Source: Heptranchias perlo
Taxonomy: Eukaryota
Direction of reading: 5' to 3'
Assembly (NCBI RefSeq): GCF_035084215.1
Contig: NC_090353.1
Location: forward strand, 13,330,001-13,394,000
Length of the DNA: 64,000 nucleotides
The translations under genes were made by a program, and so were the position numbers. The notes under the pieces were generated by a model, which was not told the origin of the DNA, did not search any database, and worked only from the letters and a program-made list of their open reading frames with translations. Position 1 is the stretch's first letter. Each line of letters begins with the position of its first letter. Shown in pieces: positions 1 through 12,431 of this stretch.

Positions 1-240
1 GAAGGAGAACCAGGAGATTCCCCTCACTTCCTGCCCAACATTTATCTCTGAGCCAATACCATCAAAAAAATTACCTGGTCATTTACCTCATTTCTGTTTG
101 TGGGAGCTTGCTGTGTGCAAATTGGCTGCCACATAAACAACAGTGACTACCCTTCAAAAGTATGTCATTGGCTGTGAAGCACTTTGGGACATCATGAGGG
201 CATGAACGAACATGCTATACAAGTCAGTTCTTTCTATCGT
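1..240 (+). mobile_element. SINE 3' half (DeuSINE/SacSINE-like with L2-type tail)
   Basis: tgtgggagcttgctgtgtgcaaattggctgcc...cattggctgtgaagcactttgggacatc. The same motif recurs at about 19270-19740 (-), 31440-31760 (-), 38690-38868 (+), 43090-44360 (+, interrupted by a PLE) and 46010-46118 (+). Confidence 0.7.
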
Positions 241-858
241 TCCTTATGTGCTACAAAATTTTATGGGGTAGAAATTCAACTCGTGGCCGCCCGTTTGTGC
301 TTGAGAAACAGTAGTTGAAGAGGGGGGATGGAGGGGGACCTCGACTGCTCCTTTGATGCCCAAAGCCTGTCTGCTGGAATATTCAGGTGGGCCTTTAAAT
401 GGGCGAGCAGCCCGCCTGCCTGAAACGGCTGTAAGACTGCTTAGATATGCAAACCGGGGGTCCCTGCACAGTGCCAAAGACTGGCAAACTATAGCGGGTG
501 CCCATTTGGTGCCCGCAGCGCTCCGTTATTTACATGAGGCCTGGTTTCGGTTCGAGCCTCACGTCTGCACGAACCGGTGGGCTGAGCAATGGTTCTATCG
601 ATCGCGTGCCCGTTTTATAGTTAGTGGAATTTCTTGGCCTACAGTTCCATACTTGGGCAGCAAATTGCGGGTGGACGACGCGTGTAGAAATTAGCAGGAA
701 GTTATGGGATGTCATAACATGCCAGATTATTTGACTTGCAGCATCACTGCTGTAGAGGTGGGCTGAGTGTTTGACCATTTTATTGCTGATTGTGTCCTTT
801 CCATTTGATCCTGGCCTGTGTATCATCTCTGCTTTAAATCCATTTTCATCTCTTCTAG

Positions 859-948
859 CAAAAGCCCAATGATTACGGTGTTCCCATGGAGGTAGAGATG
901 ACCTACGTGCAGGATACGTGTCTAACCCCTGATGTCCTACATGAAATG
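859..948 (+). CDS. MPND: MPN domain-containing protein, third-from-last coding exon (QKPNDYGVPMEVEMTYVQDTCLTPDVLHEM)
   Basis: Flanked by pyrimidine tract plus tctag| acceptor and |gtactt donor. 90 nt, phase 0-0. Translation resembles human MPND QRPSDYGIPMDVEMAYVQDSFLTNDILHEM (from memory). Not in the ORF track. Confidence 0.88.
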
Positions 949-1507
949 GTACTTCTATTTTTTTTGACTGACTTACTTAGATTTGTTTCTCAAAATGAAA
1001 ATGTACCTTTTTGAACGGGGATATATGCTCTTCAGTACTCCTGACTTGTACATTGTAAGTTGAAGCATGACCCACTGTTATTGGATTCCTGGTAGTCTGT
1101 TGCAAGCCTAATATTGGGGCTTGGATGACATTGCTGCTTAAAACATTCAAGTGATTTTGTAATTTTGTTTCTCTTTCCCCCTCCCCAGTTTTCTCCCAAT
1201 GTGACTGTAGAAAGTGAGCATCAGCATCGATGGTCTATCTTGCAATCACTGTACCCCTGAGCTTTGGAACTCGCTGTCTGAAGCACTTCAATGTGAAACC
1301 TCTCTTCCCATCCTTCAGGAGCCTCCTTTAAAAATCATTCCTTCAACTTTACTTTCGGTCTGTTCCACCCCCACATCTCCCATCTTTCCCATCTCCTGCT
1401 CAATATCCTTTCTCCTTGTATAAAGTGCTGTGAGACATCATTCTGTATGAGAAGAATTCCACACACCAGTGACAATAAATGGTGGGCAGATAGGTGTCAC
1501 CATTGGG

Positions 1508-2859
1508 AACAACAACAACCTGCATTTATGTAGCACCTTTAACATAGTAAAACATCCCAAGGCGCTTCACAGGAGCGTCATCAAACAAAATTTCACACCG
1601 AGCCTCACGAGGAGATATTGGGACAGGTGACCGAAAGCTTGGTCAAAGAGGTAGGTTTTAAGGTGCGTCTTAAAGGAGGAGAGAGAGGTTCAGGGAGGGA
1701 ATTCCAGAGCTCAGGGCCTAGGCAGCTGAAAAGGCATGGCTGTCAATGGTAGAGCGATTTTAAATCCGGGATGCGCAAGAGGCAAGAATTGGAGGAGCGC
1801 AGAGATCTCAAAGAATTGTAGGGCTGGAGGAGGTTACAGAGATAGGGAGAGGCGAGATTTGAAAACAAGGATGAGAATTTTAAAATCGAGGTGCTCCCGA
1901 AGCGGGAGCCAGTGTAGGTCAGCGAGCACGGGGGCGATGGGTGAACAGGACTTGGTGCAAGTTAGGGCAGCAGAGTTTTGGATGAGTTCAAGTTTATGCA
2001 AGATGGGAAACCGCCAGGAGACCATTAGAATAGTTCAGTCTGGAGGTTAAAAAAAAGGCTTGGATGAAGGTTTCAGCAACAGTTGAGCTAAGGCAGGGGC
2101 GGAGACGGGTGATGTTACGGAGGTGGAAGTAGGCGGGCTTGGTGATGGAGCGGAGGCTCATCTCAGTGTCAAATCGGATGTCAAGTTGCGAACGGTCTGG
2201 TTCAGCCTTAGACAATGGCCAGGGAACGGAGTTGCAGCAGGGACCAAAGCCAATGGCTTTGGTCCTCCCAATATCTAATTGGCGGAAATTTTTGCTCATT
2301 CAATCCCGGATGTCGCACAAGCAGTGTGACAAATGAGAGATGGTGGAGGGGTCGAGGGAGGTGGTTGTGAGGTAGAGCTGGGTGTCGTCAGCGTACATGT
2401 GGAATCTGACTGTTTTCCGATGATGTCGCCAAGGAGCAGCATGTAGATGAGTAATAGGAGGGGGCCAAGGATAGATCCTTGGAGGACTCCAGAGATAACC
2501 GTGCGGGAAGAGAAGCCATTGCAGGTGATTCACTGGATAGATGAGACTGGAACCACCCAGCTGGAAGACAGAGGAGAGGCGCTGGAGGAGGATGGTGTGG
2601 TCAACCGTGTCAAAGCTGCACACAGGTCAAGAAGGATGAGGAGGGATTGTTTACCTCGGTCACAGTCACATAGGATGTCATTTGTGACTTTGAGGGCCGT
2701 TTCAGTACAGTGGCGGGGGCAGAAACCTGAATGGAGGGATTTAAACATGGAGTTGTGAGAGATGGGCAAGGATTTGGGAGGCAACAACATGTTCAAGGAC
2801 TTGAGAAGAAAGGAAGGCTGGAGATGGGACGTGGTTTGCAAGGACAGAGGGGTCAAGGG
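1508..2859 (-). mobile_element. L2 LINE, 3' part of ORF2 (RT) and 3' tail, decayed
   Basis: Frameshifted RT motifs LLILLDL..FDTVDH, FHMYADDTQLYL and LADLHWLP. (GTT)n tail at 1508. Confidence 0.88.
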
Positions 2860-4641
2860 CAGTGTTCCCTTCAATTTTTTTTCGGCCATGTGCGGAATGA
2901 ATTTGGGTTTGTGCACCGATATAAAGGTTGTGTGCGCCATATAGAACATCTTTTTAGGAAACATTATTCATGGTAAATAACAAACAGAACAAATGTACAA
3001 AATAATGGATAATAAATTTATGAAATGTGGGTGATGCTGGCAAGGTTGTATTTATTGCCCATTGCTGGTTGAACTGAGGGCATTGAGAGTCAACCACCTT
3101 GTGTGAGACTGGAGTCAGGTGTAGGCCAGATCAGACAGTGATAACAGGCTCTCCCCTGAAGGACAGTAACAAACCAGTTGGGTTTTTACAACAATCTGGC
3201 AGCGTCTGCAGTCTTTTTTTTGATGCCAGGCCACAAATGATCAGATTTATTGAATTCAGTTTTACAACCTGCCCTGGTGGGATTTGAACTCTCAACCTCT
3301 GGGTTGTTGGTCCAGCAACCGAACCACTGCAGTACTGTCCAGACACTCTCTTGACGTTTTAAAGTTTGGACACCGTCATGTCTCAGTGTTTGCTGTGACC
3401 CCCCACCCCAAAAAGTTATGCCAGCCTGCCCCGTACCAGTGCTTGCTGCAGTCTCTATACCACAGCCGTGTTCAACAGTACCATCCTGCCAATATACACG
3501 TTAATGTAAACAAATCCACAAAGTAGACTTCAACTCTGTGCAGTTATTCTGTGCGGTGTAGGAAAGATTTTTCAATGCTTATAAGCAGTTGTCTAAAAGC
3601 TTAGTACCCCTGAGATTCAACTAATAGCAAGGACAATTTGATCATTATTGTTGGCACGGGAACGACATAATGGAGCAAAGTTGGCAACCGCTCACCTGAG
3701 TAATGATAATCACTGCCACCCGCAGTCCTACAAGGTGAAATTAGTCTTCAGCGGTGGTGCAAAACGGGGCATCAATGGAAGAGAATCGGGCGGGGTGTAA
3801 AACGGGGTTCAGATCTGCTAATGCTGCTTTTGCGTTAGAAGCAAAGACCAATTTCACTAGATATTAGTCGTCATAGTTACAGGTCCTAAAGCCACTTGAA
3901 CAGAGGAGAGCAAAATGATTTGGTGTCATCTAGAATTGCAATAGTATTGTTTCAAAATGAGGTTTATAATTGTAAAACTACTTTGGAAGAAGTCGATATA
4001 CTCGAGTTAAAGCTGAGTTGCGAATCTCAAAGGTTTAATTGTGGAGCAGGCTATTCTAATTGGGCCTACCCCAAAGGACCTCAGTGCAGGGCTGTTGTTT
4101 CTTCATATATTTGACCCATTGACTCTGCTACGGTCAATGTTGCCTCATCCCTTAAAGGAAATTGATGAGGTAATTGTCTAACGGCCGGGCCAGAAACCAT
4201 TAAGTCTGTCACCGTATTAAATTCTGAACACCAGTGGAAACTGCAGTTCAAACTCAGGCTCCAGACTCTCTCGGGAAAGATGCTGCAGCTGGGACTGCCA
4301 GCCCTCCAGCGATGCTAATTGCTGGAGTAAAGCTGCAGTGATGCACACCTTTTTATTTTTCTGAAACTTTAGTCGCTGCCGTTCCTGGAGCACAGCTTGT
4401 TGCTTCTGTATTTTCAGTCTTTCTTCCTCTAACCCCTTCCTCTGATCATGCCGACATTCTCAGTACAACACTCCCATACAACCTAACTTTAACTCCCGCC
4501 CTTGCCGCAAAGTGATTGGTAGCTGACGCCACCTCAGCAGCGTCTCCACCAGAGAGCACTGGTTTGGTGCGCGGACAGAATGATGACGGGCGTGGCCCAT
4601 AACAAACTGCTGCGCACGCGGGCAGTTTAGAGGAAACGGTG
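2860..4641. mobile_element. Non-autonomous hAT DNA transposon inserted into L2
   Basis: Ends CAGTGTTCCCTT... and ...AGAGGAAACGGTG (degenerate TIRs). Perfect 8-bp TSD GTCAAGGG at 2852-2859 and 4642-4649. Confidence 0.8.
3735..3857. mobile_element. Small MITE nested in the hAT element
   Basis: Inverted ends GTGAAATTAGTCTT / AAGACCAATTTCAC (13 of 14 match). Confidence 0.5.
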
Positions 4642-5220
4642 GTCAAGGGTGGAATTTTTTGAGCAGGGAGGCGATGACGGCAGATTTGAAGGGGAGGGGG
4701 ACAGTACCTGATGAGAGGGAACCGTTAACAATATTAGCTAACATGGGGGCCAGGAAGGGAAGTTGGGTGGTCAGTAGTTTAGTGGGAATAGGATCGAGGG
4801 AGCAGGAGGTGGGTCTCGTGGTCAAGATGAGCTCTGAGAGGGCATGAGGGGAGATAGGAAAATCTAGAGATGTGAGTTAAGGGCTAGGGCAGGGGGAACT
4901 GTAGGGGAAGGTTGGCCTGATGGGTTAGGAGAAGGGAGGGAAACAGCAGAAGTAGCTGAATGGATGGTCTCAATCTAAGTGACAAAGAATTCCATGAGCT
5001 CCTCGCGGTGTTCGTTGGAGGTGAGGGTGGAGGGGGCAGGGGAGAGGGGTTTAAAAAGATTGTTTAAAGTGGAGAAGAGAAGCCGGGGGTGATCCTGGAA
5101 TTGTGAGCAGTTTTGGCAGAGGAGAGCAGGACCCAGTAGTGCTTTGTGGTCCAGCCAGATCTGGTGATGAATGGCTAAACCAGTTGTCCGCCATGAACAT
5201 TTTGAACGCAGACTTGAACG
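4642..5220 (-). mobile_element. L2 LINE, upstream continuation of the copy at 1508-2859
   Basis: PTSCSLDPIPTKLL...FKSAVIASLLKK. Joins the other half across the duplicated GTCAAGGG. Confidence 0.85.
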
Positions 5221-5645
5221 TTTAAGAACCTCACAACCGGGGTCAAACTTTGAGGTGGGGAGAGGAAAAACCTAAAGGAGAGAAATAATAACCAATAACA
5301 AATACATAATATAAAATTTTGAAGTTTTAACAAATAAACCTACTTAAAGGAAAAAATCTGGAGGGAGAAAATCTGAGCTTTCCGAAACATTTCAATAATA
5401 CCCTCTGGTCCCAACCAGTGGCCACAGCCTCCAAGTGCATGCAGACCCAAAGCAATTCTTAAAATGTTCACATTAATGGGACAATGCTACAAAAACATTA
5501 CAGGTAAGTGTGGACACACTTTACATTGAAACTCCCTTAGAGACTGTTTATTTGGGGGCGGGGGGGGGGAAAGGAGTTGGGGAGGAAATGTGACTGACAT
5601 GCCGATTTTATTAATATATGGATTTTGTTGGAATTCTCTTGGCAG

Positions 5646-5738
5646 ATGCTTCTGTTGGAATATTACAAAGCAGCTCCAGACCTTGTGAAGTTCAAAGACA
5701 AATGGAATGAGGAGACAACATATTTAGATAAAGTTAAA
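5646..5738 (+). CDS. MPND: MPND penultimate coding exon (MLLLEYYKAAPDLVKFKDKWNEETTYLDKVK)
   Basis: ttggcag| acceptor and |gtaagt donor. 93 nt, phase 0-0. Resembles human MPND LLVEFYKGSPDLVRLQEPWSQEHTYLDKLK. Confidence 0.92.
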
Positions 5739-6160
5739 GTAAGTTTGCTTTCTTTCCTTGAATATTCCTCTTTTGTATTTGATGGTGTATTTAGGTGAGT
5801 TTTGGTCACCAAGTTCACATCAGAACCATCAAACATTCAGGAAATTTGGATTGAAGAATGGGGTGATGTGGGATTTTTCATTAATGGAGATCATCAGTAA
5901 GCATTCTCGGCACAGGATGTGTGCAACTGCAAAGATGTTTTCTATTACCAAATACAGTGTCTGTTCATTGTTGAGGTTTGGCTTGTAGGTAACCCCAGTC
6001 TGTTTTTACACATCAACAATAACAACTTGCATTTATATAGCACCTTTTTAATGTCCCCAAGGTGCTTCTCAGAGGCATAAGGAAATTCAGCCAGTTACTG
6101 CAACTTGCTGGCATGGTTATATATTAATTTAATCACTTTTTCTATTTCTTTGTGTTAAAG

Positions 6161-6247
6161 GGATCCCTGGCCAATAAAACATCAAAGGACCAAACCTTTG
6201 TAAAAGTTCTGGAACACATATATAACCAGCTGGGTGCCTGCAGTTAG
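6161..6247 (+). CDS. MPND: MPND last coding exon (GSLANKTSKDQTFVKVLEHIYNQLGACS*)
   Basis: Long pyrimidine tract plus ttaaag| acceptor. In frame with the previous exon, TAG at 6245-6247. Resembles the human C-terminus ISLASRTPKDQSLCHVLEQV. Synteny with SH3GL1 supports the call. Confidence 0.9.
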   Translation, partial: GSLANKTSKDQTFVKVLEHIYNQLGACS

Positions 6248-8762
6248 TTAACCCCAGCTGGATTCTTAGCAACTCTGAAAAGGAACAAAGCTGGAATAAA
6301 AAGGGGAAGAGAAGGAACCGAGAAAGGTGAATGTGGAAATTATTCAGAAGAGATCAGGGTCAATTCCAAATGTGACTGTTTAGTGTTTTCTGTTTTGAGT
6401 AGTTTTTGTGGTAGAAACTGAAACAAATTTGCCTCAAAATGGCCAAATGTTGCTTCCAGTTTCGGTTTGTAGACTGTTGGTGCCCAGCACAGCATGAGCT
6501 TTATGACAACGCGCCAGCTGCAATTCCAAATGTTAAATATTGCAACCTTCAGAGACACTACACTCAAGTAATGAATTGAAGAATGTTGTGGGGGTGATTT
6601 ATTTAACTCTTTTCCCTTTTGCGCTATCTCTTGTGACTTGTACTTCCCAAGCCTGCGGGACAAGCTGGAATCCTGTTGGTGAGTTAGAAGAAAAGGCCAG
6701 GCTCCTAATTGAAAGCATGTTATGGGAGGCTGAGACGTGGCTAATGTATCTAAATAACAAAACTGCAAGAGGAGATATTTACACAGTACCAGTTACTGAG
6801 AGGGATAAATGACTGCACTGCTGCAAAACTTGAAGTGGTTCTGATTTGAGGAATCATGCGTTTGTTTTTATATCGTTTAGCACCAAGTTAGACACCTACA
6901 TGGGCTTAACCTGAGCGTCATCAGGCCTGCCACCGTCAGAATAGCAAGCAGAGAGTCTCACCTCTGCTCCTTTACACATGGCCACAACTGAGTTCGGGAC
7001 CTTCCCAAGTGGGGAAACCATGGAAGTACTGGTAATCCATGTTGGTAGGACCCCCAACATACTTTGTAACCCCCCCCCCCCCCCCTCAAGAAAATGTAAG
7101 CTTTAACTCCAAGCTGCCCCATTGCATTGACTTGCATGTTTCCCAATCCAAATTGGTATCAGCCTAGAGCGTATTCAGAACAGCATCTGGGGAAGAGGTG
7201 CATTTGCAACCTAGTTCCTCATTCCCCTTTAACCCCCAGCAGACCAGATGTTTCATATGCCTTGGAGGTTCCTACCCATCAACTACCCAGCTGAACACTG
7301 CTGTTCGAGTGGAAATTCAACATTGTTCTATCTCCTCTTGCTGGCCAGTGTCTGAAAACAAAGGCACTATCAATTAGGTGGGACTATCCTAGCATCCATT
7401 GAGCAAGTGAAAGGGCCCTATTAAAACTAAAGAACCGAGAGGGCTTCCCCCTCCCTGTGGGTAGCTGGCAGGAGTCCTACTCATCAACTGCCCAGGATGG
7501 TGGGTTTCAAGTCAGGAGCTCAATGGACAGGGAATTGGAGGCACCAACCCACGTACAGTCAGCATTGTAGCATTCCTGGGAGTAGTCCTTAAACAAGACT
7601 CTGTTTTTCTGTTGTAGGCCTAAACATTCACGTGTACTGAGCTGGGGCCCTTATTCTTGTCTCAGTCTCACACCCAGTTGGACAAAAACTTAAATATAGC
7701 AGTTCCAGGCAGCAAGTAAGGTGACTGGGTTCTGGTGAGTCAGATACAAGTGATTGTGGGTCATTCAGACTTTTACTGTTGTGGGCCATTAGATGTTTTA
7801 TTTTTTTTAAATTGGGAGGTGCTTTGAATTTCTGAAAGATGTAAATACCTCACGCACTGTCATCCTATGGGGGAAAAATAAATTCCTGAGAGTTTCACAA
7901 ATGTACTGGAAACTATTCAGCAAATCCTCATCCTGCTGATCAACAAAATACTATCCTGTCAATGTTGTTGTCATTTTGATCTTCAATTTGGTTGTAAAAG
8001 GGCCGCTGTCGTCAAGTGGTTGGATAAATGAACCACATGATGTGTTCTAGAGACGCCAAACCAGAGGATTCCAGGCCCCATCCTGGTCTGTGTTAAATTG
8101 GGTGGCATTAGGGGTGCAATGAATTGGCCTCAACACCCCCAGCTAAAAAGTGGAAAGTTCAGCCAGAGCTTGTGCGTGGGCATGGATAGGACTGGGTGGG
8201 TTAAGTGGTCAAACAGCATGTGACAGTCACTGTCTAGATTCATGTGATGAATGGACACTTGGACAAGGCATTGGAGGGTGCCTGGTGCAAGAGTTAGTGC
8301 CTTCTGAGGAGGGGGGAGCAGGAATGTCTGGGACAGTTCAAGGGTAAACAAGGGGGCCTGATTCTATCTGAAATGGTAGTGGCCTCGGATGCTACCGTGA
8401 TTTTTTCAAGAAGACTTTCTTGACCAGTTCAAGTCGTCATGTGTTGCAGGAACTCCTAGCTACTGCTGTCTTGAGTTCTTGAAAAGACTGTGACCCACTT
8501 GCCCTCCCGTTTAAGCTGTGCTTCCCCAAGCGTTAATTGTAATCATTCACCGTGCCCCGAACAAGAGGACACTGGTCCTTGTAAAGCCAGAAGCAAAACC
8601 TTCCCTGTAACACGCAGACACTCAATGCATTCTCTGAATTGCTTCTCCTTGAAGCTGGTGTGTAATAGGCAGAGGTTGTTTGTTTCTGTGGGCTTGCAGA
8701 ATCCCACTGCACAAATGCGAATACCAAAGAAAAGTGCTCTGCATCAGCAGAAGCATTTACTT

Positions 8763-8781
8763 TGGCCACCAGATGGCACTG
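8763..8781 (+). promoter_or_regulatory. CTCF core motif candidate TGGCCACCAGATGGCACTG
   Basis: Core 8766-8779 CCACCAGATGGCAC fits consensus CCASYAGRKGGCRS without mismatch. Lies in sequence I do not recognise as repeat. Confidence 0.5.
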
Positions 8782-11700
8782 CTGCATCCAGATGGTTCTG
8801 TTATCCTGTGGCAGCAATTGCAGCACTGAAGGGGGTTAAGGAAAACAAACTTGGCAGTTCTTTAGCGAATGTGATACCAAGATTATATTACTCTGCTACA
8901 GCCAGAGGCCCTGATACCCCTCAGAAGGCGGGTTTCCAAAGAGCAAGGTATTGCTGCCAACAAACAAATAGATGCCACTGTCACCATTTTACCTGGCTAA
9001 GTGAGGGCTGGTTGAGATCCACATCTGTGCAAATGAGCAGTGCAGATTTTACAGGGTTGGTCTTTAAGGACATTCCTCTGACATTAGTAGGAGGACTACA
9101 GGCTTTTGTAAACAGATGCACAGTTGTTTCAGTAATACCGTAGTACTCGTGAGTTTTACCAAGGGGGTATAAGCCATCATCAGACTTAGCACTATTTGAA
9201 CGTGTTGTGGGAGTTATGGGGGAACAGAACCTGCTGGTTTCTTACCTGAGTGAAAATCACTTTTGTTAATAAAGCTACTGCTCTCTCGCTGTGGGATAGA
9301 TTTCCAGTCGCTGCTTGTCTTCTGCAAATGCTTAACAGTTATACTAAAATCCCCATTGTGCTATTTTAACATGAAGATTAACAACCATGGTGAAAAATAG
9401 TATACAAGAAGAATTTGGTACAAACATGTTAAATGTTCGCCCTTGTGGGTGAATAGGCCCTGAAATCAGGACATAGCCTTCAACTGAAATGTATCAATTT
9501 ATTTGGAATTAGTGACCCTTTTATTCCCTGTATCACTGTCAGTGCTGTTACTGGGCCTATTTATCATATTGGTAGCAATAAAACATAGTAACTGCATTTA
9601 AAGCAATACATCCACATGAATGGACAAAACACTCACACATGATATGTGCCCGAATTCTGCCAGCAGGCAAGGCTCTGTGTCGGGCTTGCATATTCATAAA
9701 ATGTACCCGATTGTGTGATGCCAGTAATTCAACACCTCAAATTGCTCCCACCAGCAGTGGACAAACCTGTAACAACCAGTGTTGCACAGTTTAAAATGGC
9801 TTCTCCAGACACAACCGTCTGTGACACTTGAAAGCTACAGGAGAGTAATTAAAATAAGAAAAATGGTCATTTTCAATCTATAGAGAAACTGTTGCACCAA
9901 CAGAAAACAGCTTAATTTGACTTCAGCAGTCACATTTTTTTAAAAAAAGGTATTAACAAAAGCCACTAATGATCTCTAATTGACCCAAGGATCTGTTAAG
10001 AGCAATTAGCCTCTAATTGACCTCAAAGGCACAACAATTGTACTTTGTGGCCTTAAAGGCATCTACATTTTAGTAGTAGAATGATTGTGTTTTATATGGT
10101 ATAATAGTCCTGTCCTTAGCAAACAGTGTAGCCTCTGACTTGGTGTGAAGAACACTACATGGAATTTGCTAGTCGCACAAAGACTGTGCAGACCCTCCAC
10201 CTGAATCTTAGTGACAGCTCTGATTTTGTCAACCATGGTTAACATAACAACTTACAGCAACCTTTCAAGGACTGTAGAAACACACCCGAAAAATACTTTA
10301 ATTTTGGAACTCTTGTCTGTCTGCATTGCATGTCGTAACTACAGGAGTGCCACATGGTCCATGGTACTGGGCATTAGTGATATTTTTATATGAATTTTTC
10401 TTCTAGCACTTTATAGACAAGTCGCCAGCTTTTAGAGAAGTTTTATTTCTCAATCGTTTGAAATGTCTGCCTCATACAAACCAGAAGTTGTAGGTTAGAT
10501 TCTCTGATCTATTTTGAGTTGATAGATTTTAGCCGGGTGGGGAAGAGGTGCAATAATAAGGCCTCGCTGAGCTAAGGAGAGGACGAACGAGCCAGGGTTC
10601 CCATTCCTTCTCCTGATTACTATCCTGTGACCTCTGCTAGAATGGTGTGGAGGTCGGGCGATTGGGTTTGAGTCTGATGCCCTGCACGTTCGATTGGCTT
10701 TCAAACACTCGCTGCCTAGGTTTATACAGGAAGAAAGGTCACTGAGGTCAGGCACTGGAGGGACTGCAGGGGTCTGTGCAGCTGTTCCCAGTGAAAGGCA
10801 GCAGCTTGGACACAGCAGGAGCGAGAATGGGAAAACATTTCCAGAAAAAAACACATTTCTATTTTCAGATCTATTTTCTACTTAATTCTGTTTTATTTTC
10901 TTCCTGGAGTATATGTACTGTGGGTTATGGACTGCTGATTGTGTCGCTCAAAAATTGGTGTTTTGCTTGTCCATTTCCTCTCCCCCATCGTGCCTACCCC
11001 TTGTGATGGGGATCCCATAATTGCATTTCCCCCAGCGTTCCAACCATGTAACCTGGAACTGCTAGTGTTCATTCTTTCAGCCACCCAGCACTCAAACCAA
11101 TGTTAAGAGACGGGCACTCATCTGTGGGTCATCCGAAGGCACCTCCAGCTCTTCCTGATAGCTTAGTGAATAAAGTGGGGAATAGTCAATCCCCAGTCTG
11201 TGCTATGCTAGCTGATCTCAGCTGGGGCAGCAGTAGTAAGGGCACTACAGGTGTCCAACGTGTGTCTGGAAGCGGGAGGGAGACGTGGAGAAATCAGCCA
11301 GGGCCACGATCCACAAATTCCTACTGTTTGAAAATTCGAACGATAGGTGCGATCAGGGTCAGCATTGATGCCCCACACAGTCAGTCCCGGCTTATGTGAA
11401 GCACGGCCACTTGGAAGAGATACCAGAGGAAAACCGATATTTGTGGAGCTAGACCTCAATGAGAGTTGGCACTTGCAGCAGAGAGGCGGACACCTTGTGA
11501 CTGAGATGTACAAACTCTGCTCAACGTAGTCATGTTTTTCCAGTCCCAGCTGGTTTACTAGTAGCCTGGTTGAGAAAACCTCAAGGGTTCAAACCACATG
11601 TTGGTAGCCTGGGTGTTGCTTAACAGGCAGAACTGAACTACATGAGTTTCAAGTTCCTCCATAATTGGTCCTAAAAGGTTGATGCGGATGAGAAATAAAA

Positions 11701-11829
11701 TATTACCAAAAGAGCCAACTAGAACCCTTCTGTGATAGTGTAGTGGCTGTTCATGGAATAGTAAATTGGAGGTGGATGAAATGTGAGATGTGTCTTTTAA
11801 ACATCCATGTGATATTTAACACTCAACCA

Positions 11830-12130
11830 AGAATGGCTGTAGCCCAGACTGATAGGATAAAAGTCTCCTCTGGCAGCCAGGGCTCCCTTTTCGGGACAGT
11901 TAATGGGTTGGGGCTCACTAAATTGGCAATCTCATTCAGAGAGGCTGCTGGAGGGAGATATGGAAAATGGGAAACTGGTGCAATAAATGGTGTTGAGGTT
12001 GGGACATATTGTTGGAAGAGAGTATAAGGAGCTTTACCTGCATCTAACCATGGTGTACCTGACATGGGATTGATTGATGCGAACACTAAGTTCTCCAGAC
12101 CTAATGTCCCTCATTTTAACGAGCACAGAA
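11830..12130 (+). mobile_element. LF-SINE-like ancient SINE fragment
   Basis: Shares gcccagactgat.ggat.aaagtctc and cactaaa.tg.caatctcattcaga.aggct with the copy at 21800-22292. Confidence 0.45.
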
Positions 12131-12425
12131 GCTGTCATAAAGATACTCTGTGGCCTAGCACTGGGTACATCTCACTAATTACTGTACAGTGTCTTCAAAG
12201 GAGCAACAGGCCTATTTAAACATCTTCTGTTTCTGCCATGACTTGAAAAGGGTAGCTGGCTGATTGTAGATGATGTTACTGAATAGACCAAGTGAATTTA
12301 ATGTAAAACTGCTGTAAATATTCATACTTTGTTTTATGAATTGTAATTATTTTGTGACGAGGAACCCAGATGTAGACATTTTTTTAAAATCTAAAATATA
12401 ATTTTTGTAAGTTTTAGTTTTCATT

Positions 12426-12431
12426 AATAAA
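12426..12431 (+). terminator. Candidate distal polyadenylation signal of MPND (would give a ~6.2-kb 3' UTR)
   Basis: AATAAA preceded by a U-rich block with several TGTA motifs (12300-12425) and followed by T/GT-rich sequence. Other AATAAA hexamers occur more proximally (e.g. 6295, 9268). Confidence 0.45.

Noticed and set aside
8490-9143. 217-aa ORF on the + strand
   Set aside because: GTG start, no recognisable domain, no splice context, and it lies in the probable MPND 3' UTR. Treated as a chance ORF.
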